In this document: one piece after another, positions 40,230-50,448 of the stretch
How the letters are laid out: the number at the start of each line of letters is the position of its first letter
Position numbering within the stretch: the first letter of the stretch is position 1
Source: Gnetum montanum
Lineage: Eukaryota; Plantae; Gnetophyta
Assembly (NCBI GenBank): GCA_015680685.1
Contig: MNCI01001925.1
Location: 527,573-591,572, forward strand
DNA: 64,000 bases
Direction: 5' to 3'
The notes under the pieces: model-generated
Told to the model about the DNA's origin: nothing
Seen by the model: the letters and a program-made list of their open reading frames with translations, nothing else
Database searches by the model: none
Translations under genes and position numbers: made by a program

Positions 40230-40945
40230 TTTTGTGAGCCTTCTGCACCCTGATACACATGAGCATAGATGCAACACCCTCTTGTGGTTGTTTGCACTCT
40301 GTGCAATGCAGATCAGTCGCTCCAATGGTTCCCTAAGAGCCCTATAGAACACAAGGCCTCCAATCGTTGGTTAACTAGCTAATTCTATAGTTGTCTTACA
40401 TGTGTGCTGCACCCCATCTCATGTGGTGTAGACTGGTTGCCTAGACGGCCCCTCCAGGACCCTACGAGACATAAAGTCTACCTAATTGCTAGCTAGCTTT
40501 CCCATCCTACAATTGTCTTGCCTATGTTTTGTACCCCATTCCGTGTGATACAAACTGGTTACCTCGACAGTCCCTCTGGGATCCTGTGAGACATAAAACT
40601 TATCTGGTCTCTAGTTAATTTGCTCATCTTATGGTAGTCTCGTATGCCTTCCACACCCCGACTTGCATTAGCATAGACTCGACATGCTTTGTGGTTGTTT
40701 ATGGTTCATGCGGTGTAGATAGGTTGCCTCGATGGTTCCTCTGGAACCCTATGAGATAATAACCCTTTAGATGGTGATTTACCTTGCCCCTTCTCTTTAC
40801 AGTAGTTTTGCATGCGTCTTTCACCCTATCCAGCACAGGTGAAAATGTGACATTCTTTGAGGTTGTTTGCACCTTGTGTGGTGCAAGTCGGTCGCCTCAA
40901 CGGTCCCTCTAGGATCCTGCAAGACGTAAAGCCACCTTTTATCAT
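40230..40945 (+). repeat. Degenerate ~120-150 bp tandem repeats in the 5' leader of X
   Basis: About five copies of gtg.tg.agac.ggttgcct.gacggt.cctct.gga.cct.tgagacataaag. Confidence 0.75.
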
Positions 40946-41007
40946 TTTTAAATCCTTCTATTCTTCTGCATTTTCTAGCATTTTTTCGCATAATCACATA
41001 CTTGACA

Positions 41008-44000
41008 ATGGCTTCCTCCACCACTGCCATTGGTGCCTCCAACACGGAGGTGCCATTCGCGATCCAAGACACTACTAGTGATGAACAATGACTAAATCCA
41101 ATGCCAGAAGCACGTCGGTCTCTTAGAATCAAAAACTGAGGACCTGAGGGACTAGCCCAACAGCATGATCATTATAGTTTCCTTTGTGTGAAGGTGCAGG
41201 CTAACCTGCCCTTGGATTTACACTAACTCAAAGAAACATGTAGCTTCAAGTTCGCTTACTACAATGGGGAGGAATTTGTTCCTAACCAGGGCATTTCTCT
41301 ACCTTTAACACAAGCGTACCAAAGGCTACTAGATCAACTAATGTAGTTGACAATGCTTAGGGAGTAACAAGACACAGCATCCAACCAGGATGACACCTTT
41401 CAAGATAGCCAGGAGGAACTCGATTCCTAATCTAATGAGGGAGGCCCATCCAAGCTCATTCCTATCCCGCCTACCTAGTCCTTCTGGGCCAACCCACTGC
41501 CTATCATTGTCCCCTTTATCATCACACCTATGCTTCAGCATCCTACAACCAAAATTGCAATGGGTAGCCATACCACATTCATAACACCTCATCACCCCTA
41601 CCTCTCGGTTGCACTCACAGCATCTGTGCCACCGCAAACTATTTACCAGCGAGCTACCACAATATGCAACATGCCTATTACGGCTACCCTACCTCATGTC
41701 CATACTATACCTACTTTGCAACTGCACATAAATCCTATACCAATTTCTACATATGCATCCATTTCACCCACTATGATGGCCCTAGGCCCATCCACATGGT
41801 GGACTCCTCTCGCTTCTTCATCTATTTTGCAATCGTCGTAGATGTCTCACTACATTTTCCCTCAGGTCTACTTGACCCTGTAGATGGTACATCGTAGCAT
41901 GAGGCCATGGGCTGTCCCACCGATGATCCAAGAAGCCTATATGACGACTCAACCCACTATTACCACTCCCATAATACAACCTAGTAGATGGTGGACAATG
42001 CAAATAGCACCTTTAGTAGGGGTGGCCCCAACGACACAGCCAATGGGTCAAATCACCACTGCTACCATGCCACATGTGCGAGTTGTCTCCGTAGTTCCTC
42101 AGCCATCTACAATATCGCTGGGTCTGGACCAACCATTTCAGCTCATTCAGACCCTAATCGAGGAAGTAAAATGCCTCAAAGTTGTTGGGTCTGATATGGT
42201 ACAAGTCATGGGATTTTACCAAGATGACCCCATCAACCCTGCAATCCCTGCTTTGATATTACCACCCGGGATGTTCCTTCTACACTTCATGAAGTACGAT
42301 GGAGAAGGAGATCCCAATACACATCTGGTCACTTTTCGGTTAGAGTCTTTATTACTACAACAATGGCCGCATATGATCATTTGCATCTTCACAATGTCCC
42401 TAGCTAGGAAAGCCCTTGACTAGTATCGCACATTACCATGTTCATCCATTTCGACTTTGGAAGAACTCTTGACCCAGTTCGTGACATGCATCAAATATAA
42501 CTTGAAGACAAAAACCATGCTGGATCAACTGATGAGCATAAAGCAAGACCCACTAGAACTATTCCAAAAATTCATTCAACATTAGAGTGCAACCCTTAAC
42601 AAAATCTGTGAACCTATCGCAAAGGCTCACTTGTTAGCCATCTTTAAGGGTGCAGTGAATGACTTCATCAAATCAAAACTATATTACCTTGCTCCATGCT
42701 CACTTAGCCAAGCTTTTGCTCAGACAATAGGCATACAAGATGCAGCAGAGGCAAGCAAAGACCCAGCTTACATCACTTACAAGGATAGTTTTCCAAAAAA
42801 TAATAAGGGTAAGGCCCTAAAAACCATGGTGGCTACTATGGTTGCTGAGGCTAAGCCCAAACATAGCAATAGTGGAAACAAGAATAACAAGAAACTGTCC
42901 ACACTTGTGGACGACTTAGTGCCTAAACCGGGCCAAGCATCACAACCTGCCACACTTGATACATCTACATATACCAAACCTAACTTTGAATGTAAAGATT
43001 ATTCAAAATACACTCCGCTGCCTCTCAAACCTTCAGAACTCCTGAAGCAAATGTTGGCAGCGAAATACATCCAACACAACCGGATGTCAAAGGAAGAAAA
43101 CATGAGGCATCAACCCTACTACAAGCTCCTTAGAAATCCCTCTTTAGCCCTCCCCAACAAGCCTCCAATTCCTAGGGTTTTTAGGCTAGATAGGTTTTGC
43201 GAATACCATCAATTATGTGGTCACACCACGAATTATTATTTATCATTGCAAGATGACATCCAAAGATTGATTGACCTAGGACAATTGGTGATAGATGAAA
43301 GTAGCCTAGTACATCCTAGAAGCCAATCCATGCATGTCGACACAGATCCACTCAATGCCAATAATTCCAGTTATGTAATCAATGCCATCGGTATTGACAA
43401 TGATCCCATGCCACCCTTCTAGCTGTTTGTGATTCGTGTGCCTCAGCGTAGTGCACCAATGCCACCAATGGTTGGTCCAAGCTCGTAGTCACCCTTCATC
43501 CTGAAAGCCCCACAAGGGGCATCTACCTCTGCACTGCCTATTGATGGGGCCACACAACCCCATCAACTAACACCTATAGCTCCATTCATCATTAGGGGCC
43601 CAACGTCTTCGACAACCCCCATCCCGTGCAACAACATTAAACAACCTCCTCGCCCCACAACACGAGAAATCTACTTGGTAGGCAAGGCATTGAAGGGAAA
43701 TAATATCAAAAGTATCTCCAAAACTATGCCTTAATCCTTTAAATTTACACCTTTGTTACCAAAGACGAAGGTCGACACGATTACACAGCCTACGGCATCT
43801 TGCTGCCAAAAATCTGAACCTAGGTATGGGGCCATCTCCCCTTGGGAGATTCATCTTCTAGGGTGAATCGAGAAGGAGGGTATCAAACAGATGGGTAGCC
43901 AAGACTTCTTGGATGCCCTCATCTAGGTTGGGCAATCCCTAAGGTAGAGAAACACCACATTAAGCCTATTTGGCCTAGTCATGACATCTGCCCCTCACCA

Positions 44001-44820
44001 CGAGGCTCTAGTCCACATGTTAACAGCAATTCTGGTCGATGAAAACATGCTGACAGATGAGAAAGCAATCCACTTGGTCATACTTCCCGCTGTACCTAAA
44101 AATTTCACAATACCTACATTAGCTTTTAGCAGCGACACCATTAAGAAAGATCCCAAAGAGGGTCAAGTGACTACGGCACCTCTCTTCATCACAATTCAGG
44201 TCAGCCAATATTGAATCCAAAGGGTACATGTCGATAATGGGGCAGCCACAAATGTCATCTCCTTTCCTATTAGAGATAAGCTAGGATTGGTCAACCAGAT
44301 CAAACCAACAGTGATGGTGTGTCTGTGGTCCTTCAATGGGGCACGTGTCTTGGTGAAGGGTATAGTTCATGTAAACTTCGTAGTAGGGGATGAGCTCCCA
44401 ATAGATGCAACATTCGTCATGGTCGAAGAAATGCCTCGGTTTAACCTAATCTTAGAAAGATCATAGTTAGCATAACTTAGGCCCATCTCCTCGCCTATAC
44501 ATCAAGAAATCCACTTACCATACGTGGGTAGGGAGGTGATAATCCATGGTGACAGGGTGGTAATGCGAGTAATCAGCAACGTAAACACAGAACAGGGTTC
44601 AGAGGTTACAACCTCTGAAGATGAAGTGCCTGTTCATGCATGCACCAATCATACAATGAAGGGATTGGCCCAACAAGGTGACCATCAAATTGAAAACGTA
44701 TGGGTGGAGTTGCCCTTTCAAGTGAAGGATAGTGACATGAGTGAAGGCCCTGGTGAAATACCTCAACCTTACGTCCCAATCAGCCCACGAAAGGTCAAGA
44801 GGAAGCTATGCATAGCGTAG
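41008..44820 (+). pseudogene. gag: gag-protease of element X
   Basis: KYDGEGDPNTHLVTF, CEYHQLCGHTTNY knuckle, protease VHVDNGAATNVI and FNLILERS; stop at 44818-44820. Confidence 0.92.
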
Positions 44821-45179
44821 CAGCCTTGCGACCTCACACCCAGTTGCCATCCTTGTATATTCGCTTTCTACTTAGCTCATCAGTGTGTCGTCCTTTTGGC
44901 ATGCTATGCTGATGTCCTAAAATGGCCTAAAACTAGCATTATCATCTTTCACTTTACTCAACGGCCCAAAATGCCCTAAAACTAACAAAAGGCCTGAAAT
45001 GACCTAAAACTAGCATACAAGAGTGTGAAAAATTTACATAACATACATGATAATACAAAATTGGTTTCCTTTCTGAAGTCTTGCATTTCATTCAAAATTT
45101 TTCATCTATTAGCAGTGTCTGTAAATTCTTTCAAAAAAGAAAAGAGTGGGAGTCGACCACCATGCTCTAATGAATTATC

Positions 45180-48100
45180 TCCGTTTGCATCGCCAGTTCA
45201 TCCACTTGTGCATCACTTGCTCCTATATTGCCCCTTGTCGACACCTCATTCCTTCCCTCCATGGGCCTCACACCTTTGTTGAGAGACTGTATCCCAAAAG
45301 ATAAAGTAGTTAGTAGGGACAACAAGTGTGATAAATGATAGCTTTAGCAAAGCAATAAAGCAACTAACCTGAGGGGACCCTCCGTTGATCACAAGAGTTA
45401 TTTGGTCTAGACCAAGCCTACGACAATGCTCAATCTCCTCCATCGAAATATCCATCCAATGCCTATCACTAGGTTCAACATTCATAGTGGGAACTTTCTC
45501 CCTTTCCAAAGTTGTCCACTTTAGAGGTTCCTCAGAAAGAGAGGTGGTCGTGGTATCTCCTGTAGGAAGGGTCACCCCCAAGTCTGGAGATTCTGTGACC
45601 TTCACCTACACTTTAAATTTGGCATAGGCCCCAGAAGCACCGATGGCCTTCATGAACATCTCGTATGAGAATGTCTCCATAGCAGCATCCTTAAAAAATC
45701 TTTGATGGGTTTCATTTTCTAGCTTGTATGTATATTTGTGATCCCTCTGGATCTTCCCCCATTTGAAGATCTTGGCACTGAAGTCCTTCATATCCTGGCA
45801 CTTCTGGGCTAGCAAATCCATCTGCATTTGCTGTTCGATTATTTCATGGGTGGATTCTACATTCTGATGGATGATAGTCCAAAACCTAGCATAGTCGTCT
45901 ACAGCCCTTTGTAACTCAACAGGGTTAGGATTATGGTTTATGAGGAAATTGATCCTCGACCTAAGGTTCTTTACCTCAGCAACTAGTTCTGCCTCTCTCT
46001 ACTCGCCCTTGTGGACCCATTTCCATAGGTCCTTGTTAGTACGTCTGGATTCCCATAGAGAGCACGCTGAGTGCAAGATACATTTGTAAGCCTCGTTAAA
46101 TATATGACGAGACACTTTGATCATGTCAGATGAGAGTGTGGGCACTGCGCCAATCTCCATAGGTCAAGTTGGGTCCCACTTGAGTCGAGAGGCTATTCAA
46201 TGTAGAAAGTGTAACAATCATGTTAACGTGACATGAATCAATACATTCAAGAGTTTTAGCGTAGTAGCATGGGGGCTATCAACACTTCTACTTACTCACA
46301 TGAGGATCTTCCTGCTGAAGGTGTTTCATCATGTCATCAGCAAGCCCCTGATCAAATGTAAACTTGTCAGGAACTTCAGCCCATGACTCCGTCCAGGGTG
46401 GAGGAGGTCCTGAGACATCAGTAGTAGCACCTGTTACATAATTAAGCATGTCACCAACAGCTGGAATGGACTATGGTAAGGCACATCCAAAGCCTAAACT
46501 CACCAGCATCTGACTGCTTTCTTGTTTCTTGCCGATGCAATACAATCGTGGTAGGTTCGGTAGAAGGCCCAGCCAAGTCCATAGAAAATCCTACCTCATG
46601 CGTTGGTGCTTTTCCTTTTAGGAGAGGACCATCTTTTTTATTTTGGGAAGACACCTCTTTGTTGTTAGGAAGAGTCTCCCTAATAGCAAGAGTCCTTGTC
46701 CTAAAGACAAGAGCTCCATTATTCCTAGCTAGGGCCCTTTCTTCCAAAGTCGGGGCCCCTGCATCTTTATTTGTCGCCCTTGTTCTGAGGGCTGACACTT
46801 CCTCATTTTCTTCTTCTTCTTCTTCTTCTTCTGTTTCCCACAAAAGGGTATAAACATGACAAATCAAGATAGGTTAACTCAAAAATGATAACATGCTACA
46901 AAGCACTACCTAACTAAGCATAGAATAGCAGGCTCCCTAAACACTCACCAATGGGGTGCTGCATTCACCGCAACTTAAACCGTAGTCTTCATTCCTCTTC
47001 ATGAGGGCTTTCCCTAGCAGGGGAAGGTCTCTTTCTCCATAACTCTGTGAGCACGGTCTCAGCCATGAGATGTTCACCCTATGTCATGTTGCTAAGTATG
47101 GCAGTGGGGGTCTCCCCTACGCTGTCCTGGCCACAAGCACCACAAACCGCTAGACCATTAGTCGTTACGGAAAATGAATCCCTAACCATTTCTAGATGAG
47201 CCTGGGCTTGCATGGTCCGAAAGACTTGTCGAATCCATGGCTTGGGAATCTGGTCCTGATCTAGCTTTGACTAGACTCCATCCTCCTGGACCACCAAGAA
47301 CTCCACAAAGCACTTTAAACAACCTATGTAGAAAGCATAGTGTATGTTAGAGCGGGACTCTGTTTGCTCACGAAGCCCCAAAATCTTGCCCTGCAAACCA
47401 CTACATAGGAACTTAGCCCAGTTATAATAGGCCCTTTCCTCCATGACTTCCAGCATTACCCAAGCCTACTCAAGCCCCAAGACCTTTTCTTGGGTGAGCA
47501 GTTGAGGGAATGCATGGGCACAAAAGACTAGGTATATCCCCATGGTAGGACCGTCCTTAAGTTTGTCTATAGGGAATCCTTTCTACTCCTTGGTGAGCCT
47601 CAGCCACTCCTCGATATGCTGCTTTTGGAGGGTCAACTCCTGCTTACCCTTCGACATCACATCAGGGCCATCAGTGGGAATGCCAAAAAAATATGCAAAT
47701 AGCTGGTCATTGATGTCAATGACCACCCGCACACCCTGCATGTACGTGCAAAAGTGGCTTGCCTACCTAGAAAAGGAATTGATCAAGGAAAGCATTTCGG
47801 TATCAGGGATGCCCAGATACGACACCATAAATAAATCCATAATCCTAGCCATCTGGATTCTTTTGAGCAAAGGGCCCAGAGCCCCTCGTTCTAGTTAGCT
47901 CTAGCTTGCTGATACTTCACCATATTTGAATTAGATGTTTCCCTCTTGCCTTTTGGCAATCACCACTATCACTTCATGAGGCTTCTTTGCTCCTATAGAA
48001 ATGATCACTAAACATGCTTAGCATAAAAGAGAAAAAGCTTGAGCTAGTAGTGCCTGCTTGTTAATCCACCAGGTCTATATGATGAGGAGAATAGTGGGAG

Positions 48101-48883
48101 CTCAGCTGCCAAGACTGGTTCGAGCGTAACTTGTTTAAAAGGTTCTCTTCACTCCTTGTCTAGCCAACCCTTCATCCTGAAATTACCATAGAAAGAGGTG
48201 AGTGTGCCTAGGTAGGAATGATATCCTTCCCTGCAATGAGCAATAATGCCTGCTCACAGGCTCTTGGCAAAGGCAAATTCCTATAGGGCTAGCTGTGCTA
48301 TGGCCAACTCGCTCGGTTGATCATGAATCCCTTCATCATCAAGATAGAACCTAGTGATAAGTGCACACTATTAACACTCAGCCAAGCATGGCCAACGTTG
48401 CACAACCAAGCAAAGTAAAGACATGAAACTCACCCATCAATAGAGTAGATGGTCCCTTGTGGGTTCAAAAAGTACATCGTCACATGGCGTGTGAGGTACA
48501 ATGTGTTGTAAGGATGATAACATTGGTATTCTGGCATATCCTAGATCTAGGCCAAGAGCCTCAACCTTGTGGAGTGTTGGGTAGACCCTCCTCCCGGCCT
48601 GCTTGTGGTTGCATCATCAAAAAGATATCTTAGGATGCCCAGATTTGTCCCTGGCAGCAAAGCCTCTATTATGCCAGATGCCTGTGTCTCATTCGAGGAG
48701 GACCAAACCATGAGACTAAATTGGCTAAGAAGGAATTACAAGAAGTCTCATGCCCTGTCCCTAAACCAAACCACTCGATCTTCCAAACGTATTGAGGGAG
48801 GGGAAACATTGGCCATAGGTTTGCCTACATGACATAAGACTCCTTCAAGATCCAAAATGATCAATCTAGACCTTGGCCCTACC
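45180..48883 (-). pseudogene. Antisense multi-exon accessory gene of element X
   Basis: Exon 48883-48434 reads RLIILDLEGVLCHV...VVWFRDRA*DFL*FLLSQFSLMVWSSS...YHPYNTLYL...LNPQ. Introns include 48433-48351 and 46948-46831. PMD-like exon 47992-46949; coiled-coil exon ~46192-45370. Confidence 0.8.
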
Positions 48884-49714
48884 CTGCACGACGGAAATAG
48901 CAAATATGGACATCAAATATGAACATAATACATATGCAACATAGCAACGCTTAGCCAACCATAAATGTAGCATAACATAATCCTTGTTCATCATAGCATA
49001 GCAAAGATGCAAAAGCCTAGCATAGCAAGAACATGCAAGTAACTTAGCATAATAACAAAATAACTAACAACATGCCCAAACAAAAATATGCACCTACGTC
49101 ATACATAACCAAACCCTCCCAAGGGTTTTATATCATAGCATGCCAAGGTTTAGCAACTTAAAGGACCTTGGTCTCGCACCCGTGGCAACTGCCGCGACAG
49201 TGATGGCCTTGCATGCAACCACAACGAGACCCTTGCACAACAGTGATAACCAAAATAAAGAGAGACTGCGATAGCACAAAAGCCAAAATGACACGGTCAT
49301 AGAAAATACAAGTAGCGAAACAAATGAGATACAAAGCCAGAGTAGAAAATGGCAGAAGGTGTAGGGAGAAAAGAATAGAGAAGACATAAAAAACTCTCTG
49401 AGTCAACAGTATGCCCNGGGAGAAAAGAATAGAGAAGACATAAAAAACTCTCTGAGTCAACAGTATGCCCTCTTTCACTGGAACGCGCATCCACGGCCCA
49501 CGCCTCAGAGTCTTCTTTGCCTCCCTGACCTTCGCAAGCATCAACTAAGTCTTAGGAGCCATAGCCCTGCTTGTAGATTTACAACCTTCATCTTAGAAAT
49601 TTGCCTCTATAATGGATTAACAGAGTGACTCCACACCTCGAGATTGCCGAAGTGCTTCAACAAGGATTATGTGCTTTTAGGGAAAAAATGGTGAAATTAC
49701 TAGGATTCAATCCC

Positions 49715-49722
49715 TATTTATA
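49715..49722 (-). promoter_or_regulatory. Candidate TATA box of the antisense gene (element X)
   Basis: Minus strand CTATAAATAGGG, positionally equivalent to copies A and B. Confidence 0.5.
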
Positions 49723-50448
49723 GCAGTAATAGCAATATGAGGAAACTTCCCTTCTCTCTCCCCAATTAAGTCGGGGCATGGCGTGTGGCGTAGCATGCTT
49801 GCCACGACATCACGACACTATTAGCATTGAAACCTCGACACACTTCAATTCAGTTACTTGCCTTCTTGAAAAAAATAATAATATGATAATATTTGTTTTC
49901 GATTAAAGGTCTGAAAAGACCTTAAACTAACAAACCTGGCATGATTACGCTCCTTAGGATTCAAACACACCAATTTTCACTCATAACGATCTTAGTCCGC
50001 AATGACGTTAAACTAGTTATGCTTCTTACATCAGTAGTCACCTAGTGCATCTCGACATAGGCGGTAGCATATTTCCTAATAGTTTCATGCCTTCATTTCT
50101 GCATTGGCCACCCGATACATCTTGTACTCGCAATTTCATTTCTTTTATCATTATTTAGCACAGCAAGACTTTTCATGTCACAATATGGCAATCCAAAATG
50201 ACAATAAACTAGTAGTTTGACATCCACATACAACTTTGCACATTACATCAACAATGTCTATATCTTCAACAATTCTAGATTCTTGTGCCTGGGCGGTACG
50301 CCATGGCTTTAAACTAGAAAACTCTTAATCTTTACATCACCTTATTTAGCAAGTCACATCTCGGTGTTGCTTTGTAGATTTACATTCCACACAATCACTG
50401 ATGACCCTTACCTAGGCTCTCATCTTATGATGGTAGGTCAAGCAAGAT

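Noticed and set aside
45180-48883. env-like gene
   Set aside because: It is antisense, upstream of RT, spliced, and has no evident signal peptide or transmembrane anchor in the conserved exons.
49362-49470. Exact ~54-bp direct duplication
   Set aside because: The two copies are identical and separated by a single N, so this is most likely a contig-overlap artefact.
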